Part shown: piece after piece, positions 1-13,275 of the stretch
Layout of the letters: every line of letters starts with the position of its first letter
Numbering within the stretch: position 1 is the first letter of the stretch
NCBI RefSeq assembly: GCF_004010195.1
Contig: NC_057719.1
Span: 74,287,063-74,344,693 of the forward strand
Length of the DNA stretch: 57,631 bases
Direction: 5' to 3'
DNA from: Chiloscyllium plagiosum
Lineage: Eukaryota
Position numbers and translations under genes: made by a program
Notes under the pieces: model-generated
What the model saw: only the letters and a program-made list of their open reading frames with translations
Database searches by the model: none
What the model was told of the DNA's origin: nothing

Positions 1-239
1 TCACCCTCTCCACGTTCCCCTGGCACCCACCCTCCTCCCTCCAACTTGCCCCTCCCCATCCCAATTCGCCTCCCTCAATCCCTTAGCACCGAACCTCCTC
101 TCCTCCACAATTCACCTCCATCAATCCTCCCCTTCGACATCTTTCCCCCTCAACCCCTTGACCGTCAATCTCCTCTCCCTCACAAATCCCCCCCCAACCA
201 ACCACCCACAAAGTGGTCTCCTGCTTCCCTCAGTCCCCT

Positions 240-980
240 TCCGCTCCACCCCCGCCCCTGGAGAATGGTACCCTCCACGCCCGTACTGCCGTGCCGGCTG
301 GAGCGGCTCACTCTGGCGTCCAAAGGGGGGAGGGAGGTGTGGGGGTAGCGGTTGTTGTCAGGGAGGGCAGCAGCCGCCGCCATGATGCTGCGACTGCAGC
401 CGCCGCCGCTGCTGTGGCTGTTCGGAGCCAGTCGGGCGGCGCTGAGGGTGGTCACCAGAGGCCGAGGCGGGCTCGGCGTCAGGAGCGTGAGCGACGGGCC
501 GGTCAAGCTGACGGCGACGCCTTCGAAGAGCCTGGCGGACGAGCCGCTGGCCATCCAGGCGGAGGGTCTGGGCGCGGAGCAGGCGGTCACCCTGAGGGCC
601 CAGGTGGTCACCGAGCAGGGGCAGCTGTTCGCCTCCTGCGGCCAGTACCGGGCGGACGGCGGCGGGCGCCTCGTCCTCAGCCAGTCGCCGTCGCTGGGCG
701 GTGACTACGAAGGGGTGGCGCCCATGGGCCTCCTGTGGACCCTGGCCCCCGCCCCCATGGAGCAGCCGTACCTGAAGCTGAGCCAGGCCCACCTGACCGG
801 CAGCCCCATGTACATCGACCTGTGCGTCCACTCGGGACACAGCGGCAAGAACGCCATCCCCGGGCAACCCCTGGCCAAGCAGAGGATCGAGAGGTGGTAC
901 AGCAAACCCGGACTCCGCCGCATCAGGCTCAGGGAAGGCAATATTAGGGGCAGCATTTTTATTCCCCCAGGTGAGTAGAG
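240..980 (+). promoter_or_regulatory. CpG-island-like promoter/first exon of ACOT gene A, with GC box and strong Kozak context
   Basis: High GC/CpG density compared with the AT-rich flanks; CCCCGCCC GC box near 250; gccgccgccATG at 373-384; no obvious TATA box; C-rich strand-skewed stretch at 1-260. Confidence 0.6.
382..970 (+). CDS. Acyl-CoA thioesterase (type I, ACOT1/ACOT2-like) gene A, exon 1: putative mitochondrial presequence plus BAAT/ACOT N-terminal domain
   Basis: ATG 382 in Kozak context; MMLRLQ...SLADEPLAIQAEGL...YRADGGGRLVLSQSPSLGGDYEGVAPMGLLWTL...LREGNIRGSIFIPP matches ACOT exon 1; phase-1 donor G|GTGAGT at 970/971. Confidence 0.93.
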
Positions 981-1672
981 GGGTCATCTTGCCACCCCCC
1001 TCGAAGGTTTGCACTTGGCATCAGTGCCATGAGATCTTATGGTCAAGAAAGTCTGTCGACCCCCCCCCCTTTCTCACCAGTTAGGAATAACAAGACCACC
1101 TGTGCGCGCACACACATGGGTGCTGGGGTAAAATAAGCACTACCACTTTTTTTGTTTTAAAAAGAAACAAAATTAAAAAAAGGAGTGTCAGGAGCTCTGT
1201 TCACACCAAGAGCTGGCTCTGAGGGTGCTGGAACAGTGTTGAGTGACCCTCCGTTTTGTGTCAGGGAGGGGACTGACCTCTGTGCTGTCTGGACCACACA
1301 GTCAGTGCGTTATTACTGCTGTTGGGTTACCTACTGAGGAGGAGAGCTTTCTTTTTCTCTCTCTCCCCCCCCCCCCTTGTTTCAGGTCGACACTTGTTGA
1401 TTTTTTTTTGTCTTTCTTTTATTGTTTGTTGTGAATTTTTTTCTGGGTTTCTTTCTGTAACAAAAATGAAAGGAGGGGGACAAAAGGAGTAACAAGCCAA
1501 TGGATGAAATGATTGTTTTACACATTCAACACAAGACCAAGTATTTTGAGGGGGGAAAAATCCTTGAAATGGCTTTAAAATTCTTCAGACTCTAGGTCCC
1601 AGGAAACCACATTGGAACAGCACCGCTGCAAATAGATCACGGGAAGCAGGGCTAATAGGGGAGCTGCACTAA

Positions 1673-1797
1673 TGTGGGGGTATCGGTGTTGGACTGGGGT
1701 GGATAGAGTCAGAAGGCACATGACACCAGGTTATAGTCCCCACAGGTTTATTTGAAATTCACGCAAGCTTTTGGGGTGCAGCCCCTTCGTCAGGTGC
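1673..1797 (-). mobile_element. Single-arm Penelope-derived element (family of 39038) with decayed hammerhead core
   Basis: gtgttggactgggg...caccaggttatagtcc...; minus strand reads CTGACGA-aggggctgcacccc-AAAAGCTT (GAAA mutated). Confidence 0.65.
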
Positions 1798-1814
1798 CTT
1801 GTTAAAATATAGTC

Positions 1815-2170
1815 TTTCTGATGAGACATTAAACTGAGGCCCCCTTCTGACTGTTCTGGTGGCTGTAAAAGATCCTTAGTGCTATTTTAACAAAAGGAGG
1901 AGGGAAATTCTGGCTAGTATCGATCTGTTTCATAAACTCTGTTTCTCCCTTCACAGATGCTGCCAGACCTGCTGAGTTTCTCCAGCATTTTCTGTCTTTA
2001 TTTCATAAAATTACATTGCCTGGTCGTTACCTGATTGTCAAGTTAGGATGTCTTTGAGAGTTTGCTGAGCTACACCTTTCCTACATTGTAAATTATAACT
2101 ATAGTTGAAAAAATACTTCATTGACGGTAAAGTGCTTGAGGCATCCTCTAGTCATGAAAAATGAATGAAA
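1815..2170 (+). mobile_element. Old DeuSINE/SacSINE1-like SINE remnant with a nested Penelope-tail fragment (~1935-2005)
   Basis: gatgagacattaaactgaggccc...aaagatcc...tttcctacatt...tacttcattg...gtaaagtgcttgaggcatcc resembles the Deu domain and L2-like tail. Confidence 0.5.
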
Positions 2171-2269
2171 GTCCCTGCTTATGGTGCCATCTTAGGTACA
2201 AAGGTCCCTAGGTACAGCTTTTCGGTTAGTATTCTTGGAAAAATAGAGAAATTAAAAAAGTCCAGCATT

Positions 2270-3300
2270 ATAAATTTAGGATAAATTATAACATGGAGGG
2301 AAAAAAGTACAGAGCAACAGCCTTCCAACTCAGTCAATGTTGACACCTAGCCTCCAGTCTGCACTGGACCTTGATCCAGACAGCGCCTGGCTTCACCTCA
2401 GGGCTCACGAGGCCAAATTGCGGTAAATTTAATCAAATCAAATCATTCTTGATAATATTATAGTGCAAATCTATTACTGTCCATACTTAAAATTCCAAAA
2501 AAAAACTCAGCTCAAAAAATATATACGACTTGAACCTTATAATGTACTCCAGACTTATTAGGCTTACTTTTCAGTGCCAGAGAGATTGCTTGGTCATTAT
2601 TAAGACTTAGTTCATTAGTGGTTGAATTGAAATACCTTCACATACCAGCTTATTCTTTGTCTGCAGAAGGAAGGCTGAATTGGAACGTAACATAGTTTAA
2701 TACATTTGAATGGGGAGCCAGATGGAGTGTAAAGCAGACAGCACATCTCAAACAAAAACATAAAAATCAATAAGTTAAAGTCCACATACTGGAAGTTGCT
2801 ATCTAAAGTGTGCATATATAACAATGAACATTGCTAGCCTCATGGTTGATTTCCTTTTTAAAATCTGATTTACGGTGTGTTACCAGAACTGAAATGTTTG
2901 GGAAATATTGAAGAGATTTGGTGGTTTTCCCCCTCTAGAAAAGTTAAAGCCAAGGGGTAACCTAATAGATGTCCTGAAAATTGCAGAGCTGTTTGATAAA
3001 ACGCACAGGGGAAGACAGCTTGTTCCACTTATGGGAGACTAAAATTATGGGACAGAAATACAAAATAGTCACTAATAAATCCAGTTGAGAATTCAGAAGA
3101 AATTGTGGCAAGAATGTGGAATTTGAAATCACAAATAGTACTGAGGCGACAGAAGTAAACATTTTTAAGGGAAGCTAAATATTTACTGAAGGGAAAAAGG
3201 AATAGGAAGTTATACTAAGATATGGTGGATAGAAGAAAGTTCATGTGGAGTATAAACACGGACAGGTTGAGCCAAATTCCCTATTTCTATGTTGTATATT
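2270..3300 (+). mobile_element. Old degenerate CR1 LINE 3' fragments
   Basis: Decayed CR1 ORF2-end and 3'UTR motifs (ttccacttatgggagact..., ttcagaagaaatt..., aaacacggacaggttgagccaaattcc). Confidence 0.45.
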
Positions 3301-3589
3301 GTGTACAATGTACAGATTGTTGATGTTTTTAATCAACATGTTCAGACATATTGTGACACACCTCTGGAGGCAGTGGGTATTAAACCATGCTTTCTGGCCC
3401 AGTCGTAAAGTCAGATTGGGTTACATGACAGAAAGTGTAATTTTGCAATCTAACGTAATTGAGACAAATTACAGAAAAGACCTTTGCAGTTTTCATTGTG
3501 ATACAACATTTTCAACCCATTTTTAAAAGTATTACCCTGAATTTGTCAACAGTGGTTTGTTATGACATTTTTTTGTTCTGTTTCTTAAG

Positions 3590-3792
3590 GGGATGGCCCC
3601 TTTCCTGGACTGATAGATCTGTTTGGAGATGAAGGTGGTTTGATTGAGTTCCGAGCCTGTCTGCTTGCAAGCCGGGGCTTTGCAACTCTTGCTCTCCCTT
3701 ACTTTGGTTTTGAAGATCTACCAATGACCATGACAGATCTTCATTTAGAATACTTTGAGGAAGCTGTAAATTATCTGAAGAAACATCCAAAG
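3590..3792 (+). CDS. ACOT gene A, exon 2 (203 nt)
   Basis: Acceptor ttctgtttcttaag|[46 protein letters not shown]...[16 protein letters not shown]; donor AAG|GTGAGT; frame joins exons 1 and 3. Confidence 0.95.
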
Positions 3793-3934
3793 GTGAGTTC
3801 AGTACAACAGAAGCCCAGAGAATGAACTTGCTATTGAACAATGTATTTGTGGTTATAATATTTCTCAATGAAGTTGATGATATGGGGTATATTTTACTTT
3901 AGATATCTTGATAGCTCCAGTGTAACCTGCTGTT

Positions 3935-4775
3935 TGGCTGGCAGCATATTTACTTCTGACTAGTGGATTCAAGTTCAAATCCAGGACTTGAGCATAAAAT
4001 TCAATGCCGACACCAAAGTCTGGAGCTGAGGAAATGTTGCTTCATCAGAGGCGACATTTTTTTTGATGTGTGAAATCTGGGTTTCATCTGCCCCCAAGTG
4101 AATAGGTTAAAGATCTCATAGATCCATTTTGCAGATGAACTCAGATGGTATGTCACTTGATGTGAAACATTGACTCTGCTTTCTCTCCGCAGCTGCTGCC
4201 AGGTTGACTGAGTTTCTCCAGCAGTTTCGGTTTTTGTTTATTTTTCTTGCTATTATTGTCAGTAATTAATTCAATATGGCACAGTGGTCAATGGTTAGCA
4301 CTGCTGCCTGTCAGTGCCAAGGATCCGAGTTTGATTCCAAGACTGGGTGGTTGTCTGTGAAGTTTGCATGTTCTCCCAATGTCTGTGTGAGGTTTTGCTG
4401 GTTTCCTCCCACAGCCTAAAGGTGCTCAGGTTAAGTGAAATGGTCTGTGGCTCCAGGGATGTGCAGGTTAGGTGGGTTAAACATGGTAAGTAAGGAGTTA
4501 GGAAGCGGAGCTGGGTCTGGGTGGGATGCTGTTCGGAGGCTCGGTGCAGACCCGATAGGTAGAATGGCCTCTGTCTGCACTGTAGGGATTCTGTGATCCA
4601 GTTCTAAAAAACATAAAACAATTAATTGCTCATATTATATTGCTCTTTGTGGGAGCTTCCTGTGCGCAAATTGCTACCATATTTCTTACATTGCAACACG
4701 GTAAAAGTACTTAATTGTAAAACTCTTTGGAATGTTCTGTAGTTGGGAAGGTGCCTTATAAATGCAAATCCTTTT
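3935..4775 (+). mobile_element. DeuSINE-like SINE interrupted by a Penelope-tail fragment (~4160-4240) and an HE1 SINE
   Basis: ggacttgagcataaaattcaatgccgacacc...aaagatctcat, resuming after 4600 with ttgtgggagcttcctgtgcgcaaattg...ttataaatgcaaat. Confidence 0.55.
4278..4597 (+). mobile_element. HE1-like tRNA-derived V-SINE (diverged)
   Basis: A/B-box head (tggttagcactgctgcc...gtttgattcc), V-domain aagtttgcatgttctccc..., tail gaatggcctctgtctgcactgtagggattct. Confidence 0.75.
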
Positions 4776-5239
4776 CATAAATGATCCCAACTTCCTATGT
4801 TTGTGAGTGTTCATGCATGTTTTGACAGTAAGTTTTAAGTACTTAATTTTTAAGTTGAGTCAATTTTTAAATTATACCAGAAACTGGTTCAACTTCTACA
4901 TTCGATCTTATTTTAAGCTTTCACTGATAAAGTAATGAAGTAGTCATAGAACAAACTAATAAAGCAAACATACTGTCTGTCATAGTTTTTATATTCTACT
5001 AACCCTGCATGTGCAAAGAAATAATTTGTCTTCCAAATCTAATATTACTAGACCAACAATTTGTGTTAACATTATACTTCATTGGCTGTGAATTCATTTT
5101 GACACATCCACTTTGAAGTGTTCAACAATAGTGAAAAGCATTTTATCAATGCTGATTCCTCTCTAACTTTTTTATAGTGTGATTTAAACTCTTCACCAGT
5201 ACCCAGCTCCTAACCCTATATCTTCGTTCTTTTCCTTTC

Positions 5240-6600
5240 TCATTGTGCCAGCCGTCCCACGGAGACCTTCTTAGCAATTTCTGTACTTTTCTTCAGTTAT
5301 TCTCCTGCCTCATTTAATACCCTTTCTGAACTCATCCATCTAAACAACTGCTTGCTCTCTTGAGTCAAATACCTCTGAATTACTGCCTAAATAACTTCAA
5401 TTCCTGTCCCTCCCCATCTAGCTCAATTGAAGATGCTTCCCTCACTATTTCCCTCCCTTTCAAAACTCCCAACATTCACCCGTTTTAAGAAAATTCTCCT
5501 CATGCAAACTACTGCTCCATCCCCAACCTCTCTTTCCTCACTATCCATTGTTTTGATTGTGTTGTCACTCGTATCTAGGGCCATGTTTGAGTGAATGAAG
5601 CATTAAATATCCTGAGTCAAAGTCACAGTTAGCCTTCTTCTAACTCTAGTCCTTGAAATATTTGACAACATCTGCAAGCAATAACTCTCCTGGCTCTTTG
5701 TCTATATGAAACTACACTTGAATTATATCCAACCTTAATGATCCAATTATAATTAGAGATTTATCTTTCCATTCCTGGACTATGAACTGAGAAGACCCCA
5801 GATGTTTTTTTTTTATGTCTCCCTGCTCTTGTCTACAAGCGTTGATAGCTTAATTTGCATATTTGGGGCAGTACGGTGGCTCAGTGGTTAGCACTGTTGC
5901 CTCACAGCACCAGGGACCCAGGTTCGATTCCAGCTTCTGGCAATAGTCTGTGTAGAGTTTGCACATTCTCCCCGTCTCTGCGTGGGTTTCCTCCGGGTGC
6001 TCCGGTTTCCTCCCACCATCCAAAAATGTGCAGGTTAGGCAAATTAACCATGCTAAATTGCCCATAGTGGGGGGTGTATTGGTCATTGGTAAATATGGGG
6101 GGTGGGTCACTCATCGGGCAGTTGGTGTGGATTTGTTGGGCTGAAGGACCTGTTTCCATACTGTAGGGAATCTAATCTAAACAGGGACCAGCTCCCTTTT
6201 TGTATGCTGATGACACCTGGCTTTACCTGTTCATCACAATCCTCAATCACATTTCTGCCTTGTTGTCAACCACTGAATGCATTTACACCTCTTTCTATCC
6301 CTACCTTGCGAGTCGCAATTTTACATTCTTATGACTCCATCCTCTTGCACATCCTGCCTTCTATTTCCCTATCATTGGCAATGATGGCCTCAGCTGTTTG
6401 TGTCTCACATTCTGAATTCTCTTCTTAAGCCTCTTCACTTCAGTTTCCTTCACTAAAAGGCTTTTTAAAGTTTACCATCTTACCTGCTTAATAATACCTT
6501 CATTGACCTATCATTAATTTTTGTGATTGCTTCTCTGAAGTATTAGGATGCTTTTCATTATCTTTATGCATGTTTGTAAGCTTTATTAGTGCAGGCTGTT
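5240..6600 (+). mobile_element. Degenerate L2-like LINE fragments flanking the SINE at 5865
   Basis: Pyrimidine-rich decayed sequence resembling L2 RT (ccatccccaacctctctttcct, tttgacaacat) with an L2-like 3' end near 6530-6600. Confidence 0.35.
5865..6180 (+). mobile_element. HE1-like V-SINE
   Basis: ggggcagtacggtggctcagtggttagcactg...ggttcgattcc head, V-domain gtttgcacattctccccgt...gggtttcctccgggtgctccggtttcctccca, aatctaatct tail. Confidence 0.88.
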
Positions 6601-7154
6601 GTCTGAGACAGGTGTCTCTGACTTTGAATTGAAAGGTTAAAGTTGTAATAGACCCACAGGATCATAGGGCTGTTGTCTCATTAGAGAGAGACTACTACTG
6701 GTGGCTTAACCTGAGGATCACCACGCCTTAGGCAAAGGAAGAAGTTAAGAAGTTGGAGACTCCTTCATGGTAATCTCAGTTGATGTAGGAATTGAACCCA
6801 TCACTCTACCTCGCAAAGCATCTATCCAGAAATGTTGCATTAGTTCCCAGTCCAAAAATCAGAATTTCCTAATGTATGAGTTCAAGCTAGTATGTTGTCA
6901 GTCACAATAGAGGATTCTTGCAGCCAGGGAGATTCACGTATTTGGAGTTGGCCATCATCGGGTGGTTGGCCAGCTTAAAGGTGCTCTGTGGTAATCCCAA
7001 AATTGTTCAATTATTGAGGTGATTTGTCAGTCAACCAATGCTTTGGCCAAGTGCTGCTGCCACCAAGAGCAAGTCATTCACATCCTTTTGTTTTTAAAGG
7101 AATGTTTGGGATTCCCAATCATCAGGGATAATATCACACACTGCATTATAAGTT

Positions 7155-7467
7155 GGGGCGGCATGGTGGCTCAGTGTTAGCACTGCTGCCTCATAGCGCC
7201 AGGGATCCGGGTTCAATTCCTGCCTCAGGCAACTGTCGTGTGTGGAGTTTGCACATTTTCCCTGTGTCTGCGTGGGTTTCCTCCGGGTACTCTGGTTTCC
7301 TCCCACAGTCTAAAGATGTGCAGGTTAGGTGAATTGGTCATGCTAAATTGCCCGTAGTGTTAGGTGAAGGGATAAATGTAGGGGAATGGGTCTGGGTGGG
7401 TTGCTCTTTGGAGGGTCGGTGTGGACTTGTTGGGCCGAAGGGCCTGTTTCCACACTAAGTATATCTA
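7155..7467 (+). mobile_element. HE1-like V-SINE
   Basis: Full tRNA head, V-domain and CR1-like tail ttgggccgaagggcctgtttcc. Confidence 0.88.
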
Positions 7468-7479
7468 AAAAAAATGTGT

Positions 7480-9745
7480 GTAAGAGGATTTCCTGACACA
7501 GTATGCAGATGGATCAACAAGAGGTGAGGCATTGGATTTGGTACGGGGTAATGAATCAGGTCAGCTGTTAGATTTGGAGGTATGTGAGTACTTTGGTGAT
7601 AGTGATAACAATTCGGTTATGTTTACTTTAGCAATGGAAAGGGATAGATATATCCTGCAGGGCAAGAGTATTAGCTGGGGGGAAAAGCAATCGTGATGCA
7701 ATTAGGCAAGATTTAGGACACATAGGATAGGGAAGGAAACTACAGGGGATGGGCACAATTGAAATGTGGAGCTTTTTCAAGAAACAGCTACTGCTGCATG
7801 TCCTTGATAAGTATGTACTTGTCAGGCAGGGAGGAAGTGGTCGAGTGAGGGAACCGTGGTTTACTAAGGAAGTTGAATCTCTTGTCAAGAGGAAGAAGGA
7901 GGCTAATGTAAAGATGAGACGTGAAGGCTTGAGAGTTACAAATTTGCCAGGAAGGAAATAAAGAGAGAGCTAAGAAGAGCCAGGAGGGAACATGAGAAGT
8001 CTTTGGCAGGGAGAATCAAAGAAAATCCTAAAACTTTCTACAAGTATGTCAGGAATAAAAGAATGACTCGAGTAAGATAGGGCTTGTCAAGGACAGTTAT
8101 GGGAAGTTATGCGTGGAGTCCAAGGAGATAGGAGAAGCGCTAAATGATTATTTATCTTCAGTATTCACACTGGAAAATGATAATGTTGTCGAGGGGAAAA
8201 CTAAGATACAGACTATTAGACTAGGTGGGATTGTGGCTCATAAGGAAGAAGTGTTAGCAATTCTGGAAAGTGTGAAACTAGATAAGTCCCCTGGGCCAGG
8301 TGGGATTTATTCTAGGCTTGTTTGGGAAGCTAGGAATGAGATTGCAGAACCTTTGGCTTGGATCTTTATGTCATCATTGTCTTCAGGAATAATGCCAGAA
8401 GACGGGAGAATAGCAAAGGTTGTTCCTTCATTCAAGAAGGGGAGTAGGGACAACCCTGGTAATTATAGACCAGTGCCTCACAAACCTTATTAAGTTCTTT
8501 GAGGTGGTGACAAAACAGGTGGATGAGGTTAAAGTGGTTGATGTGGTGAATATGGATTTCAGTAAAGTGTTTGATAAGGTTCCCCATGGTAGGCTAATGC
8601 AGAAAATACAGAGGCATGGGATTAAGGGTGATTTAGAGGTTTGGATCAGAAATTGGCTAGCAGAAAGAAGACAGAGGGTGATGGTTGAGGGGAAATGTTC
8701 ATCCTGGAGTTTAGTTACAAGTGGTGTACCACAAGGATCTGTTTTGGGGCCACTGCTGTTTGTCATTTTATAAATGACGTGGATGAGAGCATAGAAGGAT
8801 GGGTTAGTAAATTCGTGGATGACATTGAGGTCGGTGGAGTTGTGCCAAAGGATGTTGCAGGTTACAGAGGGACATAGATAAGCTGCAGAGCCGGGCTGAG
8901 CAGAAAAGTGTGAAGTGATTCACTTTAGAAGGCGTAACAGGAATACAGAGTACTGAGCTAATGGTAAGATTCTTGGTAGTGTGGATGAGCAGATAGATCT
9001 CAATTTCCATGTACATAGATCCCTGAAAGTTGCCACCCAAGCTGACAGGGTTGTGAAGAAAGCAAATGGTGTGTTAGGTTTTATTGGTAGAGGGATTGAG
9101 TTTCTGAGCCATGAGATCATGTTGCAGCTATACAAAACTCTGGTGTGGCCAAATTGGAAGTGTTGCCTACAGTTCTGCTCGCCACATTATAGGAAGGAAG
9201 TGGAAGCATTGGAAAGGAGATTTACCAGGATGTTGCCTTGTATGGAGGGAAGGTCTTATGAGGAAAGGCTGAGGGACATGAGGTTGTTTTAGTTAGAAAG
9301 AAGGTTGAGAGGTGACTTAATAGAAACATACAAGATGATCAGAGGTGGACAGTGCGAGCCTTTTCCCTCAGGTGGTGATGGCTAGCACAAGGGGACATCG
9401 CTTTAAATTGAGGGGTGAGTACAGTAGTAGAGTCCTCATCTTGAAGGGCATTTAAATGGTCATTAGATAAACATATGGATCATAATGGAATAGTGTATGG
9501 CTTACAGATCGATGGCCTACAGATTGGTTTCACAGGTCGACGCAACATCAAGAGCTGAAAGACCTGTACTGTGCTGTAATGTTCTGTGTTCTAACATTTG
9601 AAAGATTTCCATATAGGTATATGATTAGAAAGAGATTAGAGGGATATGGGCCAAATACTGGCAAATATGACTCAATTTAGTTAGGATATCTGGTTGGCAT
9701 GGACAAGTTGGACCGAAGTGCTGTATATCTCAATGACTGTATTAC
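7480..9745 (+). mobile_element. CR1 LINE ORF2 (RT), disrupted, followed by a second CR1 3' end
   Basis: ORF pieces [58 protein letters not shown]; frameshifts and stops. Confidence 0.9.
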
Positions 9746-10466
9746 TTAGAGTAGGAGAATAGCTATGCAAGCAGAAAAGATTAAAACTTTTACAACTATT
9801 CTGGTAATACTTCACCAGTCAACATATCACAATGTCTTAATGGTAATGTCTTTATTTTGGGTTATTCCATCTTTAAAAATTATATTGAAAAGTGATTATT
9901 GCACTTGGTTTATCTACAATCTATTATTATGGGTAGGTTTGAACATCAGGTTTCTCTTCATCTTAGCTGGCTTCTCCCTCCCATTAGTTGTTGCTTCTCT
10001 CCTGCTTTCTTCCAATATGTTGTTTTCACTATTGTTTCTTGTTGTTCAAATTTGGGCTTCAGGTCTGTAGCACAGTGAACAAACACACTGGGTCACTTTT
10101 TCACCACAACACTCTTATATCATGGTGTGCAGTTATATTCTTAGTACATGCATAAAATATCCAAGATAACATTTATGTCACTTTGGTATTGGTAACCTAA
10201 GGAAGGTAAATTGTTTCTTGCATTGAATGTTCCTTTTCATGATATGTTCTTCAATTCTGGAGAAGTACATCATTTTTGACAGTCACTTTTGATGATTTCC
10301 AATATTAAAATTGAAATGAAGCTAATATTTGCCATTTAATTTAATACACATTTCACAGTTACAAATAAATAGATTTTTAAAAAATGTGTATGAATACTGA
10401 AGGAACATATTCAGGAATTATCTAGACTTAATGTATGTTTCAGTAATAGATTTTTAATTTTTGTAG

Positions 10467-11036
10467 GTGAAGGGACCAGGTATTGGAGTAATCGGGTCTT
10501 CAAAAGGTGGAGATTTGGCTCTATCAATGATCACATTTTTACCACAGGTGGTAGCATCCGTTTGCATCTCTGGCTGCCATGCAAACACTATAACTGACTT
10601 GCATTATAAAGATATGCATCTCCCCAGCTTGAGCTATAATGTAGATCGCATCATTGTTTCGGACTCAGGAATTCTAGATATGTCCAAAACACTTGAAAAC
10701 CCCAGCACAAATAAAGGAAGCACCATCCCATTGGAAAAAGCTGAAGGACACATCTTGTTTGTGGTAGGAGAAGATGACAAGATCTGGGACAGCAAGCTGT
10801 TTGCTGAGGAGGCTATAAAAAGACTGAAAAAAAATGGTAAGGACAACTATAAACTCCTTAGTTATCCAGGAACTGGGCACTGTATTGATCCTCCTTGTTC
10901 TCCATTTCGTCCTGCCAAGATTGACCGTTTGTTTGGACTTCCAGTACTGTTAGGGGGAGAGGCAATAAAACACTGCTCTGCTCAACAAGATGCTTGGGAA
11001 AAAATTCAAGAATTCTTACGTTTACATCTCGGTTGA
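10467..11036 (+). CDS. ACOT gene A, exon 3 (catalytic BAAT_C domain, stop TGA)
   Basis: Acceptor ttttgtag|GTG; nucleophile elbow GSSKGG, Asp in VGEDDKIW, His in YPGTGHCIDPP; ends ...FLRLHLG*. Spliced CDS 1362 nt = 453 aa. Confidence 0.95.
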   Translation: MKGPGIGVIGSSKGGDLALSMITFLPQVVASVCISGCHANTITDLHYKDMHLPSLSYNVDRIIVSDSGILDMSKTLENPSTNKGSTIPLEKAEGHILFVVGEDDKIWDSKLFAEEAIKRLKKNGKDNYKLLSYPGTGHCIDPPCSPFRPAKIDRLFGLPVLLGGEAIKHCSAQQDAWEKIQEFLRLHLG

Positions 11037-11399
11037 AGTGATTTCGATTTAACAAGGTTCCTCTTTACCTAATGAATGTGATTTAGTATGTATTCTGTCA
11101 TAAATTGCACAGTAATTATTTAATATGAAGCACTATATGTAAGGAGGACAATCCAAGACTTTCTGAAACATGTATTCCTGACCACCAATACCTCTACTTT
11201 TTGGGTGGGGGTGGAAAAAATTAAACTGTTGTCTTTAATAATGCCGTAGTGTCAAAATATTTATTCTTTATTGTGTAGTTCACATTTGCACTGAAATTAT
11301 TTAGCAGTTTTCATTAGTCTTCGCTACAAAGGAAAAAAGTAACATTTCAGAAAAAGCTGAAAATTGGAAAATGAAAGTAATAGAAGATCACAGGAAACA

Positions 11400-12260
11400 T
11401 AGAATAACCAAAGAAGTAGTATTGGACAAATTGTTGAAGTTGAATGTGACAAGTACCTGAGTACTGATAGGCTTCATCCGATAGTCTTAAAGGAAGTGAG
11501 TCGTGAGATAGTTGATGCATTGGTTCTAATTTTCCAAACTTTCCTAGAATTGGGATAATGTAGGATTAGATTGGAATATAGTGAATATAAATGGGAGGGA
11601 AATGGGAAGCAGAGAACAGGTCAATTTAGCTTAATATCTGTTATAGGAGAAGAAGTTAGAAGCAATTAAAGAAGATGTTACCAGTAAGGCACTTTTAAAC
11701 AAATCAGGCAGTCTCCATAACCTTTTGAAAGGAAAATCATGTCTAACTAATTTAGTGGAGTTCTTTCAAAAATTAACATACTGTGGATAAAGGTTCCCGG
11801 TAAAGGAGGTAACATTGGCATGGATGGAAGCTTGGTTAACAAACAGGAAACAGATTTGTCAGAAATGGGTGTTTTATCGATTGCTAAGATTAAATAAGTG
11901 ATGTTCTGTGGAGATCAATATTAGGCCTCAAATTATTTAAATAAATGACTTGGGGATGAAGAGACTAAGGTATGGATGCTAAATTTTTGATGACACAAAG
12001 ATAGGTAGAAAAATAAGTTTTCACATGGACAGAAGGAAATGAGTAGACAAAGATCTGGGAAATGGCAATATAAAGTGGGAAAATGTGAAATTGTATTGAC
12101 AAGGATAATAAAAAAAAGTATGTTATCTAATTGAAAGTTTGCAGAAATCTGAGATACAGAGGATCTGAGTGGTTTCACGCATGAGTTATGAAAGGTTGGT
12201 ATGCAGGAATAGCAAATAATTAGCAAAGCTAATAGGTTATCATTAATTAGATGAGATGAA
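11400..12260 (+). mobile_element. Old CR1 RT fragment
   Basis: Decayed RT motifs (ggaaaatcatgtctaactaatttagtggagttc; gctaaattttttgatgacacaaag). Confidence 0.65.
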
Positions 12261-12264
12261 ATCA

Positions 12265-13275
12265 AATGCCGGGGATATTTTTATGGCAGAGGTGGATAGA
12301 TTCTTGCCAGGAGGCAAAAGGCTATGGAAGGATTAGGCAGGAGGTTAGTGAGTAAAATTAGGGCGCATGGTATTGGGGGCAAAGTCCTAGATTGGATTGA
12401 AAATTGGCTGGCTGATAGGAAACAAAGAGTAGTGATAAACGGCTCCATTTCGGAATGGCAGGCAGTGACCAGTGGGGTACTGCAGGGATCCATGCTGGGA
12501 CCGCAGCTTTTTACAATATATGTTAATGATATAGAAGATGGAATCAGCAATAACATTAGCAAATTTGCTGATGATACAAAGCTGGGTGGCAGGGAGAAAT
12601 GTGATGAGGATGTTAGGAGATTACAGGGTGACCTGGACAAGTTAGGTGAGTGGGCAGATGCATGGCAGATGCAGTTTAATGTGGATAAATGTATGGATAT
12701 CCACTTTGGTGGGAAAAACAGGAAGGCAGATTACTACCTCAATGGAATCAATTTAGGTAAAGGGGCAGTACAGAGAGATCTGGGTGTTCGTGTACACCAG
12801 TCAATGAAGGCAGCTACAGCAGGTAGTGAAGAAGGCTAATAGCATGCTGGCCTTCATAACAAGAGGAATTGAGTATAGAAGCAAAGAGGTGCTTCTGCAG
12901 CTGTACTGGACCCTGGTGAGACCGCACCTGGAGTACTGTGTGCAGTTCTGGTCTCCGAATTTGAGGAAAGACATTCTGGCTATTGAGGGAGTGCAGCGTA
13001 GGTTCACGAGGACAATTCCTGGAATGGCAGGATTAGTTCACCCAGAGAGTGGTGGCTGTGTGGAATGCTCTGCCCCAGAGGGCAGTGGAGGCCCAGTCTC
13101 TGGATTCATTTAAGAAAGAGTTGGATAGAGCTCTCAAAGATAGTGGAATCAAGGGTTATGGAGATAAGGCAGGAAGAGGATACTGATTAGGAATGATCAG
13201 CCATGATCATATTGAATGGTGGTGCAGGCTCGAAGGGCTGAATGGCCTACTCCTGCACCTATTGTCTATTGAATA
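12265..13275 (+). mobile_element. Younger 5'-truncated CR1 with an internal deletion
   Basis: ORFs with [40 protein letters not shown]; 3'UTR gaatggcctactcctgcacct; flanked by agatgaaatca at 12254 and 13279. Confidence 0.88.

Noticed and set aside
180..1014. Long overlapping ORFs (358-1014 minus, 180-611 minus, 213-704 plus)
   Set aside because: Shadow ORFs of the GC-rich ACOT exon 1; no recognisable domain.
5865..5940. tRNA gene
   Set aside because: The tRNA-like head runs directly into a V-SINE body and recurs several times in the window.
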